Below, one piece after another: positions 53,091 to 64,000 of a DNA stretch of 64,000 nt. Made by a program: the position numbers and the translations under genes. Within the stretch, counting starts at the first letter, position 1. Every line of letters starts with the position of its first letter. The notes beneath the pieces are model-generated. The model saw only the letters and a list, made by a program, of their open reading frames with translations, was not told the DNA's origin and ran no database searches. Source of the DNA: Felis catus (taxonomy: Eukaryota); assembly GCF_018350175.1 (NCBI RefSeq), contig NC_058368.1, forward strand, positions 132,248,001 to 132,312,000, written 5' to 3'.

Positions 53091-54180
53091 TCATGGGAAA
53101 GCAAACTCTTCCAGAAAATAGAATACTTCTTCACTCATTTATAAGACTAACATTATTTTGACATCAAAACTAGACAAAAAGCATTAAAGTCCCAAATACA
53201 GTCTCAAATATTAAGAATCCCTCAGTGTATGTTAGTTAATTATTAGCCTTCTATTATGAAAGTAGAGCCCTAATCAAGCATTTAGAGACAACCTAAGTAC
53301 TTGCAACAGGAGAAGGCAAGTTCAGATAAAAGAAAATAGTAATAAGAGCTTCCTAATACAGGTAGCCTAATTTACCATTTTGTCATGAAGTCTGCCACAT
53401 TTCTCCTTAAGAAAAAAAAAAAAATCATCTCCTAACCAATCTTCTATATTCCTATCGGTAAGACCAAACATTGGTACTGACTTCCAAAAGCAAGGCCAAT
53501 ATACACCTAAAGCTTTTGCTAAAACATTTAACACTTCCATAAATTCTCTCAAAATCAGAGTTATAGTTCATTAAATCATGATTAATTAATAAATGGGTTA
53601 AGTTAATTAAAAGATTTATGATCTTAGGACCTATTCTTTTTTGTGAGAAAATATCAGACATGTACAATAGTAGAAAGAGTGGCATAATGAACTCCCATTC
53701 ATACATTTTCAAGATGATAAAATTCAAAATGCTATTCTTGCCTTATCTTTCTCTTTTTCATTTTCTTTTCAAAGTAAATCTCAGACATCCTGTCACGTCA
53801 GTCCTGCATATTGAAATATGCATCTCAAATAACTATGACAATTTTTAAGATCTTTTTAAGATTATTTATTCTTATACCATGTGGAAACATCAGACTTTTC
53901 TCAACATAAAGAAGTCTGGTTGAATTCTTGCCACCCCCTTTCAACATCATAATTTTTTCAATTGCTGAAATTTTTTTCAATTTTTTCAATTGCTGAAATC
54001 TACGGCGACTAGTTTATTAACAAAAAAATATTTCAATGAACATTCATTTCTATAAGGTTCATTAATTGCCTTTGGCTTATAGCTACATTACAGCTAGACA
54101 TGTTACTTAAATATTGCATAAACCTCAGTCTTTCTTGTTTTCACAAAGCCATGGAGAGAAATAAAAGTGATCACTAATTC

Positions 54181-54407
54181 TTTTTTTTTTTTAATTTTTT
54201 TTTCAACGTTTATTTATTTTTGGGACAGAGAGAGACAGAGCATGAACGGGGGAGGGGCAGAGAGAGAGGGAGGCACAGAATCAGAAACAGGCTCCAGGCT
54301 CTGAGCTGTCAGCACAGAGCCCGACGCGGGGCTCGAACTCACGGACCGTGAAATCATGACCTGAGCCGAAGTCGGACGCTTAACCGACTGCGCCACCCAG
54401 GCGCCCC
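54181..54407 (-). mobile_element. Very young felid Can-SINE
   Basis: CpG-intact; TSD agtg(a/g)tcactaattc. Confidence 0.97.
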
Positions 54408-56293
54408 GTAGTGGTCACTAATTCAATTCCCGTATGGTCCACCCCCCACCCCCACCAATAAAAGTGGTCACCAAGGCCTACTCAAGGAAAAATTTGTCCC
54501 ATAGCTGTTTAAAATGGATATTCTATACCTACACAAGTATACAGTGGGTGCAAAACCATATTCTACACAATGTAAAGAATACATTGAAAATCTTCAGTCT
54601 AGTGATTCAATGAGGGCACTTCTCAATAATTTATAGTCAAATATTCTTCACTGTGATGAACCTGCAGATATTGTCGCATCACTTACAATCCATCCTACTA
54701 AACGATACAAGTTATAAAAATTCAGCACACTCTAACTGAAAACTATACCTGATATATTTACCATGGCTGTTGCTTTCTTTCAGGAAGAATAGGGGATTGT
54801 ATTTTAGTGATGCCATGAGTTGTGCCAGAGTTGACTTGCTAAGTTCCTTAAAGCTAAGCCCAAGATCTTAAAAACAAGTCAAGGGATCTCCATCCATGAA
54901 ATAGATTTTCCTTAAGTGACCAAATAATAATTTGTTACACTGAAAAAGATATGTTAGATATATCCCGCCTCATTGTCTGGGGAAAAGGGAATAGAGGAAA
55001 CTGACCCATTAATCAACTGGACATGGAAAGATAGCTGATTTTTAGTTTGTCAAATAACATTTTTAAATGGAAGAATTTCTTCTGGCTCTCAACATAAAGC
55101 ATTTTGTACATTCCCCACCTCCTCATTTTTTAGCAGCTGCATTATCAAACAGGAATTAGTTGCGAAATAAAGTTATTCCAGAGCATATAAATCTTAAAAG
55201 GTATATTGATACTCTACTTCTCTTTCATAATCTTCTACATAAGGTACAAACCATTCATCTTACAAAGAATTAGAAGGAATTACCCAAGAGGCCAAAAACA
55301 ACAAAAAGGACTCTAGGAATTCTGACAGAGAAGGTCAGTTAGAATCTTCATCTTAATAAAAGATACAAAGAAAGATAAACCCTCACTTCAGCTATTAAGT
55401 ACATACAAGAATGAGCCTTACAATGCATATGCTGACACTGACTAACTTACGACTGCATGTGGAAATGGTGCTCCCATACATACATAATTTATCCACTGTA
55501 TGTTACTTGTCCTAACCTTTCAATGTAATTGAATCTAACGGAACCTATTAAATTCAGTCTGGTTGCATAAGATTATGACAGTCATTAATGAGCCAGAGTT
55601 TTAAGTGCGTTGAAGATAAACTGACTGGTTCAGAGGCTTTCCCCTTTTGTACTCCTGCTGTTTATTGCAATGAAAACTAGAATACCAATATTTTTAAGAC
55701 TTCATTAAAACTGTAATACTGACTTTTCCTCATGTCTGAATCAAGTTAGGTTTAAACTTGCTAGTCACTTGCATTTACATAAATCAACACTAATTTGGTA
55801 TAATTTAAATTGCAATCTTCAAAATAATGCAACAGACTGACTCAATTTCACTCTCCACTTTGAAAAAAAAATAGCTGAACTACAGATTTATCTTAGGAAT
55901 GACCTCTGAGGCAAGTGTATAATAAACATTCATTTCTATTTGTTCTTCTTTTCCCCCATCCATTTCTCTACCAAAAAAGTAGACTGTAAAACTTAAATCA
56001 TACAAATGTCAGGAGTTCCTGCAAATAGGCTGCTTGTTTTACTTAAAACTGTTTGACTATCCTTTTACAGTTTTCAAATTTCTCTCCTTCCACATGAGCA
56101 GGCTTTTACATTTACTACTGCCTGTTGCTTGAAATAAACAAAGTAAGGATTTTACTGCTATGTGTGTGTATTCGGGGGGACAGCCATAGGACAGTTTGGG
56201 GCACAGATTTATTTCAAGCAAATATTAAAAACTCCAGAGCCTCCTAAAAAGTGATGAAAATGATGTCTCACTGCTCTCTGTAACATCAGTTTT

Positions 56294-56297
<4 letters not shown>

Positions 56298-56333
<36 letters not shown>

Positions 56334-56341
56334 GTGTGTGT
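56298..56341. repeat. (TG)n microsatellite
   Basis: Directly visible. Confidence 0.95.
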
Positions 56342-56845
56342 TTCAGTGACATACAAGTACACCTGAAAACACAAGTTACACAGCATCAATTGCACAAACT
56401 TTATGTCTGGAAAAGGTGTGTTCACAGCTGTATGAAGAGTGAAAAGTCAAAGCAGACTTTATGGTAGCAGTGTCAATAGTGATTTTAAAATATATAGGTA
56501 TTGTCACTTAATGAAAAAACAGATCACTTAAACAATTTAAGTTGGAGGAACTAGGTGATGAGCAGACCATGCTAAAGGTAAATTATTTCAAATACATGTA
56601 ACAAAACTTAAGTGTGGTGCATTCACCACTCTAAAACTATGGGTCAGTGAACCATAAAGATTATTTAACAAGTCTCCAGTTCTTAAGATGATTTATCTCA
56701 ACACCCCAAATGATAACATTCTCTATTGAAATCAGACAAAAAAGGCAGTAAAATACGGTTGAGCACAGGCGTTCCACACAGTAGTTATGAGTTGCTCAAA
56801 AGAGTGGAGTTCTAAAATTTATTTTGATTTTCTTAAACTCACTCA

Positions 56846-56980
<135 letters not shown>

Positions 56981-59719
56981 TCAAGCCAAGGTGTTTCAGT
57001 CTTAAAAAGCCCATACTTATAAATGCCTGGATTCTTTTTAATAACCTCCATGCACAGAAGGAGCAGTTGGCAAAAGGTTAACTTTCTAGTCATTTGCAAA
57101 ATCACTGGGGGGAGTTTCACTTTGCCGGCTAGACATTAATATTTTTTGAACTGCAGTCAGTGCTGGAAAATGTCTAGACTAGGGGTTAGATTTATAAATT
57201 TTACTTCTGGTAACTTGGGACCACCTAGTAACTTGAGCCAGAAGAGGGAATTCAAGAAAGCATTTCTATTTTAACATTCTTTAGGCTGTAGAAAGCAAAA
57301 TATATCCACATTATTTTTCTAAAGAGATCTGTTTAAGTTTAGTGGGTTCATAAAAATATACAAGCAACTTTTTAGTTACCAAAAAAAGGGAATCCCAAAT
57401 AATTTTTTAATGACTTTTTTTTATAAAAGCAAAAATGAATGATTCAAAAGAGAAAAAGGAGAACTGTTAAAAAATAGGTTTTGCATTTGTTTAATCTTCT
57501 GAAATCAGTCCTGGTAGTGATGCAACAGTGTCTTTTGGTATTTTAATGGAAAGCAAGTCTTTCAGGCACTCAGTGTATTTATCCCTCTCCCATCCCCCTT
57601 CAATGCCTTAGTTTTACTAATAAAGCAAAAACTACAGTGTTAACTTGCTGATTTTAGTGAAATGTTATGTTTTCAAGGTATTCCTCCCTTGGGAATTTTG
57701 GCCTGTAAAAGCTTTCATATTTACTTCCAAATAAATATCATGCCCTGTGAATTAATACATAACTTTAAAACAGTGCTTAGAAAAAAGAATTTTTGTGTGA
57801 AAGATAAAATGTCATGTGTCATAAGGAAACAGATGCCAAATCATATTTAACACATATAGGGATGACAGTTATTTAGAAGAAATTGAAGGAAAAGTAGAAA
57901 AAACATTTTATATTTTATATGTTAGTAGTCTACTATCATTACCCAAGTAATAATTATCTCCCCACAAAAAGTGGTTCGAATTCAATTCAATGAATATTTA
58001 CTGACTGCAATAAACAATGTTCTATGCTAAGTACAATTTCCCAGCTACACTAATTTGGAATAGTAATAGCTATTCAGTTAATATTTTTACTGACGAGAAA
58101 GTTCTAGAAATTGTTTCTCTGTACCTTCTAATATAAAATATGAACATAATAGCCACACTGGAACAAAGTTGAGGTCAGTGTTAGATTACCTAATAGACTG
58201 TTTGCTTTTCCTACTGTTTTATGTGGAAGGAGCAGGAGTTGGGAAAGAGGTTGATTTCTGCCTCTCTGAGTTATTATAAATACTAGTGTTATCTTGTAGT
58301 GTCCTTCTACTGACTTAGAAGTCTTGAGACCTGAAGAAGAGGAAGTAAAAAGAGGTACTAGTTGGGGCAAGGTGACTTGATTTTTTTTTGTTAATCAAAA
58401 ACATTTAATCAATGTTACTTCCAAATTCCATTAAGAGAAAGAGAGAGAAGGAGAAGGAGAGAAAGAATACAAAAAACGTTTGCTGTAGATTATCTGGCTT
58501 TAAGCTATTGAGTTCAATATCATCCATGATATTGGAAGAACAAAGCCACACTGAAAAATGTTTCTGTTTTGAGCTTTATGAAATTTGGCTAAAAAACAAT
58601 TACAAAGAATAATTATTGTGAAATTAACATTTCTTCTATTTTCCAAAATATATTATTCCATGGGTTAGCTTTTTGCTTGTTGTTATTGTGGTTGTTTGGT
58701 CTATGCCATGTGGTAGTATTTTTCTCAATGACTCCCCAAGGTGTATTTGCAAGCACAGATTTACTTCTGTATCTGATAGAAAATTAACTTAGTTGTTCTC
58801 CTAAAAGAACAACTTTAGAAAGAACATATTTGGGAAATAACTACTAGTTGAAAATGCAGAACTTAATCTTAAGTGAAATAAAATAATTTAGATGTTATTT
58901 TTACAACCCTTACAACTTTCTGTATTTCTATAGAATTGAAGTTGTCAAAGTTCTTACGTGTGATTGTGTTAATAGGGGTTTGATTACTCTTTGGGTCATT
59001 TAGATTTCCTCAGTTTGATGGCCACAGTTTGCACCCTTAAATCTACTTAGCCATGTAACAGTTGGTCATCAGAAGTACTAAGCAAGGTACAATGTGCAAG
59101 TATTAGCATAAAACCAACATGAAAGTTGCCAGAATAACCACCCAAAAAGAAAAAAACCTGATAAATTCTGTACTGATAATATATTTTCCACATATGAAGG
59201 TCAACACATGTAAACATATGCACTCAGTTTTCACCATGACATAATACAAAAAATAATTTACAATGGTTTATAATTTGAAAAATAATTTATACTGAGCTTG
59301 AAAATGCATTGACATGTACTAAAGTATTATTGTATTCATTTGAGAAATTAATAAATTATAAAAGTTGGAATACATACTCGGGGAAAAAAAAAGAGATGTA
59401 GGGTAGAAAAATATCTTGAATCTACTTTGGTAAAAATAACAAGAAAAGTACAGGCAGTATTATTACTAATATCCTAATAAAGAACATATCTCAATGTAAA
59501 TAATCTACCTTCAAAAATCAGAATAGAATATGTGTATGTATATGTATACATATATACACATATGTATATCCTCAGAATATATATATACTAGAAAAATATA
59601 AGCTCTAGCTTTGAAGCTTAGTGTCCATTGTACCTAAAATTGATTAAGCACTTAGTAAATGCTTTATTGAATTTGAATAATAGAGAGGTTAGGTTAAACA
59701 GTATAATTTCTACAATAAG

Positions 59720-59930
59720 TAATAATACCAGTGCATTTTATAGTACTTCTTTACCAAACATCTTTCTTGAAATGATTTTTACAATATCTCTGCTGCATAA
59801 GGGCAGATACTGCTCCTACTTCGTAGATAAGGAAATTGAGGAACAAAGTCCTAAATGAAGAGTAAAGGCTAATGCAATGAAACTGTCAAAGCCAGCTGTT
59901 AGTTTCCAGTTTAGGGTCCTTTCCAATGAA
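59720..59930 (-). mobile_element. MIR fragment
   Basis: ctcctacttcgtagataaggaaattgaggaacaaag resembles the MIR core. Confidence 0.55.
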
Positions 59931-60591
59931 TTACATTGTCTAATTAACCTAAAAACCTAAATCTTTTTGAAGTGAGATCTCTAAGGAAAGACAGCTCTTT
60001 TGCCATTATGCTTTTTAACTAGCAAACTTCTCCACTATAAATACTCAAATTGGTTAATTGGGATTTCTTCTTTACCCTTAAATCCCAAGGGAAATGCGGT
60101 AGGAGAAGAGTGGAAAGGCAGATAAAAATCAAGACAAGTCTCTATAAACAGGTGGCTTTCTGAACTCCCTAGGAAATTGGGTAACATCTTTTCTCCCATT
60201 TCTACTTAAATTTGATCTTCCCAAAATTCTTTTGAGGGGCATAGGAATAGATTTCACAATTGTTCCTTTACATATAAGAAAATTGAGACTTTTCATAGAG
60301 ACAGTAGAAAATTCACCTTCAGGTGCTTAACTTTTGTGTCTGTATAAAGTCTCTATGACACTAAAAAATTTATCATAGAAAAAAAAAGCCTGTTCTTAAA
60401 AATAACTCTAGTTGTTTAACAATTAAGTCTACTTGAAAGCTATCATTTCCCTCCATTTATATTTGCAGTTAACTTTTAACCAGAATGAAGTTATGCTCTG
60501 CAACAAAATGTAATTTTTTAAATTCTAAAATACTACAGAAACACTTTTCAAAAAAACAAATGATATTTGGGGAGCAAAAGAAAATACTCCT

Positions 60592-60628
<37 letters not shown>

Positions 60629-61083
60629 ATTGTTGTTCAGGTACTGATAATTTCTAATATCCTAACTTATAGGGATATACATGTTCCACAAAATTGCACC
60701 AAAGGAAGCACATTAAGAACATAACATCTCTCCTTTAAGTATCCCCCCCCCAGTTTTCCCCCTTTCCTTTAGCCTGATATTTGAAGACGCTGTTTGCTTT
60801 CCTTTGCTCTCAAATCCTTGGTATTTTTGGAAAATACATTATAGAGTGGTAACTTTTGATTCAACATGATTGTTTGAAGATTTAGAAACATCTTCTAAGT
60901 TGTTTTTAATCATCATTCCACTTGTTTCCTAGTAAGTGACATACCACAAAGGTTAAATTTTTAACAATTTATGGGAGTAATTTCAGATGTGCCAGAAAGG
61001 AAAATGACCAAATTAATGATGAAGAGTAAAGTCACTGGACCAAAAAGACAATCTGAACTATCCTCCCTTCATAAAAAACTTAC

Positions 61084-61127
61084 CCAATGTTCCACAGGGC
61101 TTATTTTTATAAGTGCAGATATCATAT
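61084..61127 (-). CDS. ADAMTS6: ADAMTS6 internal coding exon (44 bp, about exon 8), metalloprotease domain: (R)YDICTYKNKPCGTL(G)
   Basis: Minus strand reads ctcctctatag|ATATGATATCTGCACTTATAAAAATAAGCCCTGTGGAACATTGG|gtaagt. Phase 2 in, phase 1 out; joins the next exon in frame; peptide recognised as ADAMTS6. Confidence 0.95.
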
Positions 61128-61344
61128 CTATAGAGGAGAAAAAAGAGAGATGAAATTTGTAATCTGATCAAATTTGTAAAATATTTTTGTATATTCATCA
61201 CATTTCTTTCTTGGAGCTCTGGGTTGTCAGACCACAATCAGTGCAATTATGAGCAGCCAGCTGGAGTGTCGGCATTTTCAGCACTCTGGGGGACACACCG
61301 GCTGCACTACACTCGCAGCCTCTGGCTGCAAGCCAATGGGACAC
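61128..61344 (-). other. ADAMTS6: Candidate alternative 3' splice-site extension of the 44-bp ADAMTS6 exon, with premature stop
   Basis: ctttaacctttctttcttactggcag|GTGT has a branch-point-like TTAAC, a pyrimidine tract and CAG. GC-rich stretch in AT-rich flanks; in-frame TGA at 61278-61280. Confidence 0.4.
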
Positions 61345-62194
61345 CTGCCAGTAAGAAAGAAAGGTTAAAGTGGATTTCTGTAATTGCAAGTTCCAGAAAA
61401 CCATCTACCATACTGTTTTGAAGCTAGAATAGCTTGTCTGCAGATTGCTACTGCTTCTACAAAAAAGCAAATGAGTGGCTTTTTATCCCCAATCTCTTTG
61501 AACCTGCTGGAACATTTTTTTTATTATAGCCACAGATTGTGTTTTATACTGCTGAGCTATGAGAACTATCTGGAGTTCCTTCAACTCTAACACAGGTTCT
61601 TGTTTTAAAAGATTAGCCCAATACAGCAATGGGAATAAAATTGATATCACATAGTTTTCCTACTTGCATACCATCAATTTAGCATGTTTAAAATACAAGT
61701 ATTTTTAAATGAATTTGCAAACAGTTAAACAAATAGCTCAACAGAAGCTTTCCTAATGTTGGCTGGGCTTACTCTAATGCTATACTGCATTATAACTAAA
61801 TAGAAAATATTAAGTCCATAGGTAATGTTGCATATTTTAAAATACATTACATTTAGAAAGCTAAATCAATATTGATATGAAAACCTATTCTAAGCATTTT
61901 TATATATTCTTGTAATCTTTAAAACCAAAAGCATTCCATTTTAAAGTGAGAATAAAAAAGAAATTTAAAAACACTGATCATTTTTATTAGCCTATGTTTT
62001 ATGCTAGAAATGAAAGCTTTTCAGGTAAAATATAATATTTCACAAGCTACAGGAAAATCCAAGTTATAAAAGTTCTTTGATTGTACATAAATAATAGTCC
62101 ATAATACTGAGGGAAGGGATTAAGAATTAATCCCTTCTTGTTCACCAGATCAAAATGTATTTTCAAGAAACAAATATCACTTTTTTTTTTTTTT

Positions 62195-63078
62195 GAAGGA
62201 AGATGGCAGCGTAGGAGGATGCTGGGCTCACCACGACCTGCTGATCACTTAGATTCCACCTACACCTGCCTAAATAACCCAGAAAACCAGGAGAAGACTA
62301 GCAGAAAGGAGTCTCCGGAGCCAAGCATAGAAGAGAGGCCCACGGAAGAGGGTAGGATGGGTGGAGAAGCATTGCGTGCTACACGGACTGGCGGGAGGGA
62401 GCCAGGGCAGAGGGGCAGCCCACCGGCCAAGCAGAGCCCCCGAGTCTGGCTGGCAAAAGCGGAGGGGCCAGACGGAGTGTGTTCGGACTCAAGGGGGACT
62501 TAACATCTCGAAGGTTATAAGTTAACAGCTCTGCTTGGAGAGAGGGAGGGCTGGAGGACAATGGGAGGGAGAGTTGTTGAGCCCCGGACTACAGAGCGCA
62601 GCTTGGCGGGGAACAAAGGCGCTTGCCAGCGCCATCTCCCTTGCCCATCTCCAAGCCAAAATCCCAAAGGGAACTTGCTTGCACCACGCAAACACCCAAG
62701 GCTGTGCTTCTATGGGTCCATCCCTCCAAGGGCGGTTCTGACTCACTGCCGGAGCCGCAGGGCCCTGAAGGAAAAGTGAGCTGAGCCTGCCCCTCCTGCC
62801 CCTATGCACCTTGCCGATCCACCCCATCTAATACAACAGATCCCCAGCACCACAAGCCTGGCAATGTGCAAGTAGCCCAGGCGGGCCACGCCACCACACA
62901 GTGAATCCCGCCCCTAGGAGAGGGGAAGAGAAGACACACACCAGTCTGACAATGGCCCCAGCGGCGGGCTGGGGGCAGACATCAGGTCTGACTACGGCCA
63001 CGCCCACCAATGCAAGTTATTCAAGACAGCACAGGGGAAGTGCCCCACAGTCCCGCACCACTCCAGGGACTATCCAAA
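62195..63078 (+). promoter_or_regulatory. L1 5'UTR internal promoter with a YY1-like site (aagatggc) at about 62200
   Basis: Position and motif match the known L1 5'UTR organisation; activity not shown. Confidence 0.6.
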
Positions 63079-63973
63079 ATGACGAAACAGAAGAATCCCC
63101 CTCAAAAAAACCTCCAGGAAATAACAACAGCTAACGAACTGATCAAAAATGATTTAAACAATATAAAAGAAAGTGAATTTAGAACTATAGTCATAAAATT
63201 AATCACTGGGCTTGAAAACAGTATTAAGGACAGTAGAGAATCTATTGCTACAGAGATCAAGGGACTAAGAAACAGCCAGGAGGAGCTAAAAAAATACTAT
63301 TAATGAGCTGCAAAATAAAATGGAGATGACCACAGCTCTGATTGAAGAGGCAGAGGAGAGAATAGGTGGACTAGAGGATAAAATTATGGAAAAAGAAGAA
63401 GCTGAGAAAAAGAGAGATAAAAAAATCCAGGAGTATGAGGGGAAAATTAGAGAACTAAGTGATGCACTAAAGAGAAATAATCTACGGATAATTGGTATCC
63501 CAGAGGAGGAAGAGAGAGGGAAAGGTGCTGAAGGGGTACTTGAAGAAATTATAGCTGAGAACTTCCCTGATCTGGGGAAGGAAGAAGGCATTGAAATACA
63601 AGAGGCACAGAGAACTCCCTTCAGATGCAACTTGAATCGATCTTCCTAACGACATATCATAGCAAAAGTGGCAAAATACAAGGATAAAGAGAAAAGTCTG
63701 AAAGCAGCTAGGGATAAACGTGCTCTAACATATAAAGGGAGACTGATAAGACTAGTGACGAATCTCTCTACTGAAACTTGGCAGGCCAGAAAGGAATGGC
63801 AGGAAATCTTCAATGTGATGAGCAGAAAAAATATGCAGCCGAGAATCCTCTATCCAGCAAATCTATCATTTAGAATAGAAGGAGAGATAAAGGTCTTCCC
63901 AAAAAAACAAAAACTGAAGGAATTCATCACCACTAAACCAGCCCTACAAGAGATCCTAAGGGGGATCCTGTGA
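63079..63973 (+). pseudogene. Disrupted L1 ORF1p (MTKQKNPPQK...KPALQEILRGIL*)
   Basis: Three ORF-track pieces join into ORF1p, with a frameshift near the A run at 63288-63294 and a premature TAA at 63647-63649. Confidence 0.93.
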
Positions 63974-64000
63974 GACAAAGTACCAGAGACATCGCTACAA

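Larger units (their letters stand above)
62195..64000 (+). mobile_element. Young felid L1, 5'-complete (5'UTR plus ORF1), running off the window
   Basis: Starts gaaggaagatggcagcgtaggaggatgctgggctcacc; GC/CpG-rich 5'UTR to 63078, followed by ORF1. Confidence 0.95.

Noticed and set aside
52882..54000. Small tandem duplications (gggcccagagaaaa twice; aattttttcaattgctgaaat twice)
   Set aside because: Ordinary slippage duplications with no further structure.
55400..56500. Repeat-poor segment near the HEIGH exon with forkhead-like motifs (tgtttgac, tgttttac)
   Set aside because: Could be an enhancer, but short AT-rich motifs are expected by chance and I have no conservation data.

Overview
AT-rich mammalian genomic DNA. 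The felid-type Can-SINEs and L1s point to a cat or cat relative. The window is almost entirely intronic and holds four internal coding exons of ADAMTS6 on the minus strand: 61084-61127, 56847-56952, 19751-19897 and 11220-11361 (44, 106, 147 and 142 bp). They have canonical AG/GT sites, splice in frame, and encode the zinc metalloprotease active site (HEIGH|NFGMNHD) and the start of the disintegrin-like domain. The ORF track misses all four. The rest is about 40 Can-SINEs, nested L1s of several ages (one young 5'-complete L1 from 62195), L2, MIR, CR1, hAT/Tigger fossils, a solo LTR and microsatellites. Most interesting unannotated signals: (1) a CpG-rich 136-bp candidate poison or alternative terminal exon at 16901-17036 that would end the protein right after the catalytic core (EFLKLGDSISGS*); (2) a strong upstream alternative acceptor at 61344 that introduces a premature stop; (3) a 65-bp-arm inverted repeat at 10595-10837 whose mismatches are mostly G-U pairs on the transcribed strand; (4) two apparent templated-insertion scars at 13362-13477 and 23689-23725. 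Repeat boundaries and subfamily names were judged by eye and are approximate. Exon numbers 8-11 are recalled from the human gene and not verified.
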